From positions 1,116,001 through 1,180,000 of the forward strand of contig OZ281501.1 of the NCBI GenBank assembly GCA_965637545.1: 64,000 bases of DNA. Reading direction: 5' to 3'. The translations under genes and the position numbers were made by a program. Positions 1 to 15,049 of the stretch are shown one piece after another. The first letter of the stretch is position 1. Every line of letters begins with the position of its first letter. The notes below the pieces were generated by a model, which had not been told where the DNA came from, searched no databases, and saw only the letters and a program-made list of their open reading frames with translations. This DNA is from Phallusia mammillata (Eukaryota).

Positions 1-237
1 GGCTTGGCGGTTTTGAAATACAGAAAATTCGAATAAAAATGTTTTGTGTGTCTTTGTGATGTAGGTTTGCATAGAAAACCAAACCTGGCCCGGACTTACG
101 AGGAAAAGACCTAGGGTAGGCTCTCTGTATTCCTAAAAGAATAAGCTATTTCTTTAGCATCTTTAGTCGGTTCTGTACATTAATACGGTAAAGTAATCAA
201 ATAAATCTACAGTGTGATAGTATTATTGTGTCAGTGA

Positions 238-1721
238 CAGACATGGGGTCGAATACAGGCGTCCTGTATTCGAATACTTTACGAATACTTGCATCATTGT
301 ATTCGAATTCATGAATACTTTGGTAATTTTTGAGTGACAGCAATTCGAATGGTATTCGAATAAAACGAGTCAAGTATTTGTATTCATGAATTGTTGACCA
401 AACTACAATGACAAGTAATTCGAATACTATTCGAATAAACCAAGGCATGTATTCGTATTCATGAATTCTACGCACTTTTTGACGTTCGGCAATTCGAATT
501 GTATTCGAATAATGCGAGTCAAATATTCGTATTCACGAATTGTTTCGTAATGTTAAGGTGGCAGCAATTCGAATTGTATTCGAATAAAGCGTGTCAAGTA
601 TTAGTATTTATGAATAGTTGACCAACAAACAACAACGTGTAATTCGAATACTATTCGAATAAACCCCAAGCGTGTATTCGTATTCATGAATACTTCGTCC
701 TTTGTAAGATGTAGTGCTAGTTATTTGTATTCACGAATTGTTCAGTTGTTGTAAGAACCAAACAATTCGAATAGCATTCGAATGCACCGATTCGGATATT
801 TGTAGTTGCGGAAAATAAAAGAAATAAAAGCGCCCCGAAACTTAAAATGTATTCGATCAAAAAGTAACATGGGTTTATGAATTGCAAATTTATTGGTAAA
901 AATGTAAACCAACGAGCTGTTTGTTGCCACATTAGCTTGACTGATTTAAGTCTCCGTTATATAAATTTCACCAAATTTCATGAGATGTTTGCTTCATGAA
1001 CACGTTACGCCTGTCATGTGCTGAGAACAACCCAGTATTGCAAGCTTTGTAACACAATTCCATTTATGTAACGTCACAATTAAACTTCTATGTGTCATTG
1101 TTTCGTAACATTAACAAAAACTTGTCAAAACAGGTCACTGCCAATTTGAATTGTATTCGAATCTATTTGGCAAAAATATGTAGCAAAATATTCTCGACTA
1201 CTCCTAGTCTGGAGGTAATCGACAATTCGAATTGTATTCGTAAAAATGTAGTCATGTATTCGAATTTATGCATCTTACGTTGCCAAAAGCTGACAACAAT
1301 TCGAATTGAATTCGTAAAAATGTAGTCATGTATTCGATTTTGCAAATTCTTACGTAACCACGGGCTGACAACAATTCGAATTGTATTCGTACAAATGTAG
1401 TCATGTATTCGATTTTACGAATTGTTACCTTGTCAAAGGCCGACAACAATTCGAATTGTATTCGTAAAAAATATCGTGTATTCGAATTTGCAAATTCTTA
1501 GGTTGGCAAAAACCTACAACAATTCGAATTGTATTGGAACAAATTTACCCAAGCTTTTGTATTCATGAATTGTTGGTTCAAAAGATAACATCAACTATTC
1601 GAATTGTATTCATGCACCATCGAACGAAAGCCAAAATCATTCGAATACAGCACGAAGGTGGCAAAACCTGTATTCGAATGCATTCGAATACGAATGACGA
1701 ATACGAATTGCCCCATGTCTG
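238..1721. mobile_element. Non-autonomous hAT-type DNA transposon with internal tandem arrays
   Basis: 11-bp TIR CAGACATGGGG (238-248) / CCCCATGTCTG (1711-1721). Perfect 8-bp TSD GTCAGTGA at 230-237 and 1722-1729. No transposase ORF. Confidence 0.85.
260..1710. repeat. Two diverged ~60-65 bp minisatellite arrays (about 260-790 and 1140-1710) inside the hAT element
   Basis: Recurring CAATTCGAATTGTATTCG(A/T)A...GTATTCG(T/A)ATT cores separated by variable sequence. These explain the spurious IRIxFE ORFs. Confidence 0.85.
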
Positions 1722-1754
1722 GTCAGTGATACATATTAAAAGTTTATACAGCTC

Positions 1755-1875
1755 TTCTAGCAATTGTAGGACCTGCATAGGACGTCAAAACGTCGGAATA
1801 AAACAATACAATGGCCAGAAGAGCTCTATAAACGTGATATTATGCCTGGTAGCAATAGCTTATTTATACATATTG
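1755..1875. repeat. Short interspersed repeat; other copies at ~38840-38945 and ~51755-51855
   Basis: Shared GACCTGCATAGGACGTCAAA(A)CGTCGGAAT...CTCTATAAAC..ATATTATGCCTGG. Confidence 0.7.
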
Positions 1876-3081
1876 TACTTATCATGTTATTCGTTGTTAA
1901 CCAAACAATTTCTATTGTTTCTATAATCCGACCAATCAGAGACGACTAACTTTCGGTAAAATACCTCCTCTCATTGGATGCAGAGTTTTTCCCGCCTTAT
2001 TCTTTGAGGTTTGTTCTTTTCTTTGTTAAGCCTTCGTCTTGTTTTCTGTATCGGATTCAGGTAAGCAAAAAACTCTTTATAGTTGTTTTTTGACTATTAG
2101 TTACTGGAAAGCAAAGCAAAATTTCTTTTTGCAAATTAGTAAGAAGCGGACGTGTCACAAATTGTGGGATTTTTGTAGTAAAAAAGTGATTGAAAAAAAG
2201 CAATGTTTGAGTCTGTCTGTGATAGCAAACAAGCTCTTCAAGTGCATGTAGGACCACTGTGAGCAACTTTATGGGTCCAATTATTGTGGTTTGCCGGATT
2301 TTAGTTTATGTGCTGCGTACATTTTTTGTGTGACATTATTTCCTGCCATTTGTGTTTTAATGTGCAGATCAGTTTTACAACAAGCTTTCTGATTTTTTTT
2401 GTGTACGAACATGTTACTCAACTGGCTCACCAAAATTTCAATTTGAAATGCAAAGAAAAAGGATTTGGCAAAAAATGTACAAAACATTTTTGAAACAACT
2501 TATACTTGGAATTTTTATGAAGCAAATGTTAAGAACTGAACAAAAGGTATTGGTGCTTTCATTTGTTTTGTCTGCAAAAACAAACACTTTAAACATAATG
2601 AAAAGAAAACAGGCGCCTTAATCCATTTGGCTTGTTTAAGTTTCTGGGTTTTAAGAAAAACGACAATTAACTTTAGACTTAACACCTTGTACATTTGTTT
2701 CAGGTTCAATTGAGGAATTTAATTGTGTTTGCTGGAAACTTGTACACTGCCAATTAACTTAAAATGAAAACAAGAAAATCATTGTGGATTTTTCTATTTT
2801 ATCAATCCAATCTTTATTTCAGTCTTGGTAACTAAGGATTCAACTTATGTGTCTCTTTATGGTAAACGACTAGAAACGTAAGTTTTATTTGAAAAACATA
2901 TCATTTTTAATATATTTATATATATAGGCTAAATTTTGTTTGCTAAAATTTAATATGCTGTACAAACATGATTACTGACCAGAATTTGTATAATAACAAG
3001 CTTCAGGTAAATCACATAGCAAAACTGGCAAATGTTATTTTGCCAATTGTTGTGCAAACTGTTTAAACTGGCAACACAGTA

Positions 3082-5719
<2,638 letters not shown>

Positions 5720-6137
5720 TTTTATTTACTCTGATACCAAAGTTTCTGCGATTTATAATGACAGCAAATGATGGTAGCTCAGGTTTGGGCTAATTTATCT
5801 TTATTCATTTTCTCTGAATCATCTGGTTTGTCGCAAGCTGTTTAACCAGTCGTAAGTGCTTGTTAGTTATCAAAAGAATGTTAAGCTGATATATTGGGCA
5901 GTTTTCGGGAATCCAAAAAGCTTACGACCCCAAGCAAAATTTGAACTTGGCGTGGTTGCCGTCAAAACACAAATGAATATTGGGGAAATCCCTGTTTGAA
6001 ACCTGCCAGAAAATCGTCGAAGCGTGTATTATTTCTTCACGAAGTACAGTTAATTAGTTGGATATCTTAGTAATTTTATTAGAACACATGGTTCTGTATA
6101 TTTAAAAAATCATTACTATATTTTATTTCTTAGAAAG

Positions 6138-7737
6138 TTATAAGAATTGGTTTCGTGAAATCAATTTGTAAGCCGTGAAGGCAGTTCCAAGCAGCAGTAA
6201 GCTCCCATACAGAATTGCTTCTCGTTTGAAACCAACAAACATTGGATGCTGAGAAAATAGGTCATCCAGAATATTGCCCTTCACGTTTTTGTGTGGAAAC
6301 GGTATTGATGGAATTTCTTTGCCGAGAAACTTGCACAATGGCTCCCAACCGTCTTTTACTGAGAAGAACAACGTTTGGTCTTTGGGCGCTTTCTTCAAAA
6401 AAAGGCTCCGTTAAAATGTCATTCGTATCATTAAACACACAAGAGATACGAACATTAATAAAAATCTGGTGTTTTATTCCCTAAACTAGCTGATACTTTC
6501 AATGTCAAAACATTAAGCTCTAAACATTGGATTTACTTTGTTGCATGCAAAAACATTTTACCTGCTTGAGATACGTGTAATGTCTTCTATATGTCATTTT
6601 CAAAAGGGTCTCGTTGAGAAAAGGCTTTCCATACGGTTTAGCCATTCTTGTGTTGCATCGCAACGTAGTTCCAACTGAACAGATAAGGTTACTTTGCTCA
6701 GTTTAGAAAGGAAACAATTTAGCGACAAGACTTCACCCAACTTCTACTCGAATAGCTGCACAAGCTGGTTATGAACGTAAAAAGTTAGTTGCAAACATTC
6801 TCTTCAAACGCACTACAGTAACACTCTCGTTACAAGGTGATATTGAGGCGGGACTGGGTAAACACTTTGAACGAAATCCAGTCACTGTGTTGTTTGTTTT
6901 CTGGCTGCAATGTCCTTGTCCCGAACTTACATGTTGATTTGTACTTACTCAGTGGTGGGATTCAAATTTTTGTCAGCTGGTTCTATCACAAAAGTCCTAT
7001 TTTTCAGCTGGTTTTGTTACAGAAAGTCAATTGACAGTAACCAGTAATGCTAACCGGTTCGCTGATCTCATAAAATTTCGTGAGAAGGTTCTATGGAACT
7101 GGTGCAAACCGGCTGAATCCCACCACAGTACTCACTTATTCTTTTCTCGTACGCCCCTAATCGTCGCAAACCAGGTGAAAGTATCCAGATAAGTCTGATC
7201 CACCACGAGTTCCAGGCGACCCCTTGTTGTTCGATGCTTTTCCACCAAGCGTCTAAATCGTCCCGGGTGGTTACGATGATCTACAGGAAAATAAATCTCA
7301 AAACACTTCGATCAAAAAGTGAATTTTGTTATTACACGAATCATACAGTAGGTTACTCTGTGGCAACAAATAACAAATTTCCCTTTAGATGAACTATGTG
7401 GCAACAAATACAGGTGTTGTCTGGCCTATGTGTTACAATAGACATGGTAGTACTCAGTTTTTGTAGATAACAATTGACAGCTTACCTTAGCATCGGGAAA
7501 GGCTTCAAGCAGTTCTTCCCAGAAATAATAGGTCGGGATATCAGTTACAGCATCAACGTTTTCATACATGGGCTGCAAATCAGCAGGACTGCCACCGTAC
7601 GTACATATCTTTTCCCATTCAGCACCCAAATACTGGTAGTGGTCTGGATAATCGTACACATTATAACCCAGCACTTGTAAAGCCTCTGCCATTGACTTTG
7701 TGCCGGTTTTCGGCATTCCAGCTATTATAACCTTCAT
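6138..7737 (-). CDS. Sulfotransferase-family protein (Sulfotransfer_4-like P-loop fold) with C-terminal hydrophobic anchor
   Basis: Exons 7737-7486, 7280-7136, 6674-6562, ~6392-6138. Motifs MKVIIAGMPKTGTKSMAEAL (PAPS P-loop), DAVTDIP, FPDAKIIVTTRD, FSVKDGWEPLCKFLGKEIPSIPFPHKN. The frame stays open upstream to 7950, so the start is uncertain. Confidence 0.88.
6950..7128. mobile_element. hAT MITE (CAGTGGTGGGATTCA family), copy 1
   Basis: TIR CAGTGGTGGGATTCA / TGAATCCCACCACAG. 8-bp TSD TACTTACT/TACTCACT. Near-identical copies at 18116 and 19843. Confidence 0.9.
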
Positions 7738-8340
7738 GTTTGCAACAAGTCTGTGATGTTGGTGCTTTGACTGGTGGCCTTTCTGTGGGTAATGATTTAC
7801 TAAGCAATAATCAATTGCTTGCAAAACCGGTTTGTAGGGTATAGCGCTGCGATCCTGCACTGCCATGCAGTGGTGACATGGTGATTTAAAAAGAACTTGT
7901 TTTTTCATAGTTTGGTTAACACATTTTTCAGTGTTGTTATTATCTCCCACCGTGGCTAAACAAAATGCTGTGTTGAAAATTAATTCAGCGTATAGAATTC
8001 GCCTGTTAAATTTCGTTTCAATATTGTTTTAATTATTGGCATAACCAAGGAAATTAGAGCATGTGTTCCACATTCAGTACAGATTAATATCCTGTGCTGT
8101 GCATTGTAATTATCAGACATTGTGTTGCTCGCCCTGTTTATGTAAATTCATGCAGGCAGCGTTACAAACAACCAGTCACATTGCTAATTGGGCAGTTAAG
8201 GGATATCCTGATATTAAGGAAAGTCTTGGAATTTGAGAGTGGACGAGCATTTTAAGTTGTAGCAAACTCAGAAAAGATCGTTTTTGTACAGGTTAACGCT
8301 ACTAAAAGATCTAACTGGCGATTAGAAGAACCATCGAGCA

Positions 8341-11300
8341 ATGTTTGCAACACTGAAGTTGCTGTCGTTTCTGTTTTTAAACCATCTTGCTTTAGGTAAG
8401 TTGAACCACAGTGTCAAATAAACAAGGTTTCTAAGTTTGAACATGTTTTTGCTCAGCTAATAGAAGGTTTACAGTAAAAAGACATCGATTGCTAAAGGCC
8501 CTGTCAGAACTGAACAAAAGTTTATCGTAGTATCAAACATAATCTTGTAATATCATGTTGGACGTATGCTATACCTAAACATTTAGTCATGTTTCTAAAA
8601 AATAATTGCAATATCATCCATTGCCTTAACATTACTATGTATAGACATTGTTGCTAAGCGGAGTTTGTTTAAGACGTGCTTCGGTATTTTTGCTTTCTTA
8701 GGTTACCTTTTGCATTCTGATTACTTCCTTGAGAACGACTTGTCGCAGTGGGTCATAGAGATTGTGGAAAACCCTCACAACAATGAGAAGCAATATTACA
8801 CGAATCGGTCTGTCAATCTAAATGTAACAGATGGAAAATTGGTCATTACACCGCACAAAGAAACGTATGTTACTGTTTGTGAAAAACCTACTTTGTTTCC
8901 AGCAGTTGCGTACAGTAATGTTGACTAACATTCTTCAGTTTAATAAAAAGCAACTTAGTCCTAAAATGACTAACGCTTAAATCTTGTTCTAAAAGATTTG
9001 ATTTGCCCTGCGTTTTTCAAGCTTGGCCCCATACCCCCCCTTCAGAGATAGACAGGTTGTTTGTGAGGGGTATAACACCTAAGTAAACCAACAGGCACAA
9101 GGCAAAATTTACTTGCAAACTTCACAATAACCACATTAGGCATTGCATATCGTGTTATGTGAGCAATTTTTTTTGTGACCCACCTGTTTTGTCCTTTGTG
9201 GTCCACAGAATTTAGCATTTACATTGGTTAGCGGGCGTCACTGACGTTCCGGAAATAAAATATAAAGTGTCAATTATTGTTTTACTGTGAAAAGATTTGA
9301 CTATTTAACTTGTGTGTGTTGGTGTAAAAGTTTGACTTCGCTTGTCCCTCAATTTAAACTGCTTGACCAGATCTTAGTGTATTTTTCTCTTTAACTATAT
9401 CGACCACGATTTTCCAGGTTTGGATCGAAGCAATACACATCCGGCAGATTGTACAGCAAATTCAGCTGGTTGTATGGAAGAGTCCAAGTTCGTGCAAAGC
9501 TCCCTGAAGGATATGGACTGTGGCCTGCAATATGGATGCTTCCCACGTGAGAACACAATTATATTGAAGCAGAGTTGTAAGCGGGAACAAAATGAGGACA
9601 CGAACTGATAAGAAAAATCCCGAATTTTTTTTTTAAAGCAAAGCCTGAAATTTAAGTAAAACTGCGGCATGAATCAGGCTGCGTATTTAGTCAGACCAGT
9701 TTGTGCAAACTTAAGGCGGTAGAAATAAAATTTGTTTGTTTGTTTGTTGGATTATACACTATTTACGGCAAATTCTACGCTGAATAATATAGCATGTCGT
9801 TTGTAAAATGCCTCGTGGGCAATTCTAATCACACCAGGATTAGAATCTAATGCAGTGGCTCTGAAACAGTGGTATGTACCCCCATTAGAATAAATTGTCA
9901 TTTTACAAGGGTGCTTATTTTATCATTGTTTAGCTCCGTGACATAAGTGATGACAGTTTAGTTTTTTTTTGAAAAGGGTTGAACAAAATACATCTACTGG
10001 TTCTCAGGGGTAACAATAATAGAAAGGTAAAGAACCATTGAACCAATGTAAGCTTCAATTTAAAGAAATATATATCTAATCACCTTTAACCATTTTCAGT
10101 GATGAAATTTTCGGTGGTTGGCCGCAAAGTGGTGAGATTGACATCGTTGAGGCGAGAGGTCAAGAAATTCAACAAGTACAATCTGCAATTCATTTTGGTG
10201 GTCCATGTTGTTCTGATACGGCAAGCGAGTCATCTGGCCCACTGGAGACTCAATGCAGCATCAACGAATTCCACGTGTACGAACTTGATTGGACGCCATC
10301 TGAATTGGTGAATATTTTAAGGGTTCATATATCTTGACATAATTATTCTTTCGGCTCTCTCCATCTGTACTAAACATAGTAGAAATCCGAATTAGGTGAA
10401 ATTCCAGCCGTGTGTGAAATTAGGTTTAAATCAAGCCCTTACCTGGTCTGAAAAGCCCCCTTTAAGTTGGTAAACACTTTAGCTTTGATACAATTTGTTT
10501 CTCATCGAAATCATTTGCGCCCGGCTTCCGTCGTTAAGAACGATTTCTGTACGAGGTTATGTTTTAAAGTTTGTGTTTTAACTTGTGCGTTTTTTAGGTT
10601 TTCCGTTTCGACGGCATTGCATTCCACAGAAGCAGCTTGGATAGGATTCTTAAAAATGTTTATGCTGAAGAAGGTAAATAAAAGCATAAAGTGCCTACGG
10701 ATAAAATTTTATGGGGGTAATGATATAACCCAGTGGTTCTTAAACTTTTTTTGTTGCGACGCCCCTGGAAAAGTTTTCTGGACTTGCGACGCACCAGCAA
10801 ATAAAAGTTAATGAGGAAACTTATTATTAAAGTTATGTTTATTGATACAACAACAAAAAGCCACGAAACGCAACTATTCTGCGACGCCCTTGGAAAACTA
10901 AAACGACGCACAGTTTGAGAACTACTGATATAAGCTATAAAATATTCCTTTGATTTTGTTGCTTTCACCCCCGCTAGTTATTTCCCCCAATTGTTACAAT
11001 ATTTAATACGCTAAACTCTTACTAGGACTATATAGCGGTTTTGTCTTCAAAAAATCGTTCTTACTATCTTTAGGTGTAAGTGGGCCTAAACCTGTTTTTT
11101 AACACAAACCTCGAATTATGCCCCATTGTTTGTGAAATTGCGGTACTAATAAGAATGTATGTGAAGTCAGGCCCTAATTTAAAGCCCGTTTTATTTAAAC
11201 TTTAACCCGTATTGTTCTACCATACTAATTTGCACAGACAACGTGTAACTGAATCATAAACAAACTCTTGGAGAACTTATACGCGTTGGATGCAACCGTC

Positions 11301-13715
11301 TCCACAATCAAATCGTATTGTTTCTAATCACTACATGTACGGTACCAGGGCAACCGTTTGACCAGCGTTTCCACCTCGTATTAAATGTAGCGGTAGGAGG
11401 ACATTTCCTTTCCGGTCCTGATCCCGATACAGTTTGGGAATATCCCCAAGCACAGATGGAAGTCGATTATGTAAAAGTTTACCCACTGACAGTGAGTTGA
11501 TGATATAACATCAGATAACTAAAACTGGTTCATTATAACGTGGACCGTGTGGTTCAATAAACAAAACTAAAAGTGCTTCATATAAGCCAGCATATTAACC
11601 TCGATAAAATGCCTTTACCTCATTCAACAACCAATTGGCACTAAAATTTGTTGTCACAACGTTTCAAACGTTATTTAGGCGAGAAATTTATTAGTGTAGG
11701 TTCTTTGTTGCGGTCCTATCTCATTTTTCTATTGTGCTTCACATTTTTTACTTTGGCATTTTTCACGTGGCATATTTGCAGCTGCGTTTGTGGTTTTAAT
11801 GCCAGTCCGAATGCAACGTTTCTCCATTAGGATTATCTCTTCGTGTACCAAAGCCAAACACACAACGGCAGTATTTTACAGGACATAGCCACAACTTCAT
11901 GTCGTGCTAAAACCGGGATTACCAAATCCGAACTGTGCACCGGAATTTCCATCGCCTGTCACTATCCATGCCAGGCAAACCTCTACGATTTGTGTGGAGG
12001 TTTATTCGATTGCTGCCATGATCCGACTTCATGCGACGATTCACTTTATGGTAAAAGAAACCTGACCATTGCAGCAGTGTTTTTAACATGCTTTTCGAAA
12101 ATGGACCTCTAAACTATAAAAAAATTAGGTCAAAATAGGCTACTCGTAAATGAGAATGTGTAAAAAGCGTGTAAATATGCTGGAACTAAAATGCTTAAAC
12201 GGCGAACACATTTTACTGCAGGCCCATGCAGCTTTATTTGGCTTTATTCAACAATTGTACTTTCTTTTTAAACTTGAATCCCCCAGCTCGTTGCTTGGTG
12301 GATAAAGTAACTTTAAAACAACATCAGTACCTTATTTTATTACAAACTTTGAATAAGTTACTGACGATGCTATAAAGGCTATATATATATATGTATTAAA
12401 ATCTGAATTATTCTTTCTCTAGAACTTTGCTTAATTCGGTATAATACCCCTTGAAAGCAAGCCTGCTTTACTGCGATTACGTGAAACTCATAATTTATAC
12501 AGACGATGCCAGTGCCCTGTACAAGGAATATCACAAACAAGTTGGTGGAAGCAATTCCTGTGACTTTGAAGGCACCGCTGAATATTACGACGTTCAACTC
12601 AACGATGAAGGTCCAGAAAAACCGCAATGTTTAGTGACGGAGTCTGCAGACAACAGTGGACTTTGTGGCTCCATAAGCTGGGCTTGTGGTGGCCAAACTT
12701 TTTCCAATGTAAGTCTTGCTTAATGAAACCAGCATCACCGTAACCCATTGCACACCAACTGGTATGCAATGTCAAAATTAGTTGCCCCCTGTTTTGGCCT
12801 ATACAACCATGTCTTGTCACCTGCCAGCTGCACTGATAAAACAGAGTCGAAAGAGCCCGAATCCGAAAGTACAAGCCCGAATCCCGAACCCTGGCCCGAA
12901 CCTAAATCGTTTTTGAGAAGTCCGTTTAAACCCGAAAGTGTGATTGACAGGCCTACATGTAAAAAAGACATACACAATAGACAATGGCCTAAGCAACACG
13001 TTTTAGAGCTGTTGGCGATTAGGTTATATCGCAGCAACAAGCTACTTAGCTGAGTAATTCATGTTAGACAAAATTACGGACACATAACCTAGGGAGGTCT
13101 GAATCAAGTTTGTAAAACTGAAGCCCGAATCCGACACGAAAACCCTGGCCCAAATTGCAACTCTGGTTTTCACTGTCGACAACATGATTGTTTTTCTTGT
13201 TTGTTCAGTATTTGGAAAAAAAGACTCAGATTGGTGACCGCTGCCCAATCTGACATCACTTTTTAACGCGTCCCACCCAGAATTGTAAGTTAAGTTTCTC
13301 CAAATATCGGCCTAAATTGGGCCTGAATTTACACTATCTTTTAAGACAAAATTAACTAGCCAGTAGCCATTGCTGGACCTGACCTAATGCCCAACTTTGT
13401 CTTCCGGAGTTTCCTTGTATAGGCCTGTAAATCAGACTTTCGGACCTAAACGGGCTGCTCAGGTCGTTTGCAACTCTGGTTTCACCTTTATTACAGGTGA
13501 CACTTTCATGCGATGCTGGAGCTGACATGTTATCGTGTTGTTCGGGCGACCCACAAACTTGTCCTGATGCAAGACTGAGGGAAGCGTCTCAACAAATATT
13601 CCAGGAATATTACGACAACAATCCCAGATCTACGTCATGTGATTTCGGTGGAAAAGCATACTTGGTCAATCCTATCGTTCCACTCGATTGTGACAGCACA
13701 TATGGACGTATTTGA
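8341..13715 (+). CDS. Secreted GH16 beta-1,3-glucanase/glucan-binding protein with two C-terminal X8 (CBM43)-like modules, ~472 aa
   Basis: Exons 8341-8395, 8702-8864, 9418-9546, 10100-10307, 10598-10673, 11349-11491, 11831-12050, 12503-12708, 13497-13715 sum to 1419 nt in frame. Signal peptide MFATLKLLSFLFLNHLALG. GH16 motifs NNEKQYYT, YTSGRL, YGRVQVRAKLP, LWPAIWMLP, WPQSGEIDIVE, FHVYELDWTP, PFDQRFHLVLNVAVGG, MEVDYVKVY. Two Cys-rich modules end SCDFEGTA and SCDFGGKA. Confidence 0.9.
10731..10927. mobile_element. hAT MITE (CAGTGGTTCT family)
   Basis: CAGTGGTTCTTAAAC ... TTTGAGAACTACTG. TSD ATATAACC/ATATAAGC. Confidence 0.8.
12845..13485. repeat. Fragments of an interspersed element with CCCGAA subterminal repeats and a TGCAACTCTGGT end; more copies at ~16395-16450, ~17375-17440 and ~45040-45148
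   Basis: Recurring (A)GCCCGAA(T/C)CCG motifs and the terminus ACCAGAGTTGCA / TGCAACTCTGGT. Confidence 0.65.
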
Positions 13716-14552
13716 GTCACCAACAAAATACAAAAATACAATATCCAGTGATCTTAAAAATGTGTATTCAATTTTTTTTATCTGTTTGTGGTGTTTGTTT
13801 AAATGTAATTGAAAAAAAATGGACGCGCTGGTTCAAAGTAAGCTGATCGAAGAAACGTTTACGAAAGCTTCATCAAACCAGTTTACTAAAAAGAGCTTTT
13901 TGCAGTCGCTCAATCATTACCATCAGTAGCAAACGAAGTCTCTAAACGGATTCTTTGTGAAAGAAACAACATTTCTATTCTAATTTTTCAGTGTTTTTTT
14001 CTCTTAAGATGTTTTTAACTGCTTGGTAAGCATATAGAAGCATGGCGTGTTTACGTTGGTTCGTAAGCTTTTTAGTTGGTGACTTTGGAGTAGTTGACCA
14101 CTTCTTGACCCCTTCTTTGTTTTCCGAAAAGTGATCATTATTCCCAAATCCAATGATTGGGCATCCTGGCACAAGTGGCACCCCTTAGGAACAGACCTGT
14201 ACCCCCTTAAAGGCGCTGGCACCCCTGGCTAAGAACCCCTGCAACTAGGGTACATGAAATATCTGGTAATAGCGAACTCGCTTGTAAAAAACCTTGAATA
14301 TCTGATCGGTCCATTGGGGCAGAGTATAAAAACGAGAAAACGTGATTTCCACAAGTACCTGGAACATCTTACTAGTCTCTACTGCCTCTAGTTATGCCGA
14401 TGTATTTGCTTTAAAATAACGCTAACACAGCTTGTCCAATAAATATGCGTAACACATCCAAAATGAACCAACTGAAGCCAATGATGTGTCAAAATTCTTG
14501 TAGGTTATTTGGTGGGCATGTAAGAAATAAAAAGACCTCTTAATTGTAACTT

Positions 14553-14700
14553 TTCAATTCAATTCAATTCATTTATTTCGTTTGCGCGCAGTAACCAGCT
14601 TACTCTGGTGGTAAACAATCCTTGGTAAGCTGTGATATTTCTGTCAGTTTGACAGCCCTTTACCGGTGCATTGTTAGACGTTGTTGAGCATTTCCATTGT
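14553..14700 (-). repeat. Probable 3' tail of a non-LTR retroposon (AATAAA + (TGAAT)n on the minus strand)
   Basis: TTCAATTCAATTCAATTCATTTATTTCG on +, followed by a GC-richer segment. Confidence 0.4.
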
Positions 14701-15049
14701 ACGTAGGCTACGTGTATATGGTACGATATTGATTAAGCCAGGTAATGCATAGTACTGCTAATTTATTTACCAGTAACTTTATCTTATGCAGTAGGCCTAC
14801 AAGATCTTATAGAACAGAAGCTTCCAGCCGGGGTAGATTTATTTTTATTGACGTTTAGTGTAAGCAGGGGGGAAATTTATAAAAATTCACGATTAGGTTG
14901 TTAAAAGAAACTGTGATTTTCAGTGTAGAAGTATTTTAAACGGTAAAAATTGCCAAAAAGCTTTAATACTGTACAAATTTTCTGCAGAATGTTGAAAAAG
15001 TAGAAAAAGTGTCGTAAATTCTGAACACTTGATTTACAAACGTTTCATC

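Noticed and set aside
100-132. 33-nt minus-strand micro-exon (TTTTAG|...|GTAAGT) and CCAAT boxes at ~1930-1980 as a gene leaving the window
   Set aside because: Good splice signals but no recognisable coding context; cannot be supported
260-1710. CRISPR array
   Set aside because: Units are bipartite and degenerate, lie inside hAT TIRs/TSD in eukaryotic DNA, and no cas genes are present
260-1710. Heat-shock element array (GAA/TTC rich)
   Set aside because: Mostly TTCGAA without the nGAAn spacing. Only two-unit TTCnnGAA occurs, with no convincing three-unit HSE.
12735-13053. ORFs with EPESE/PEPWPEP or GSGQGSG repeats (also 16264-16554, 44961-45195)
   Set aside because: Translations of the CCCGAA-repeat interspersed element
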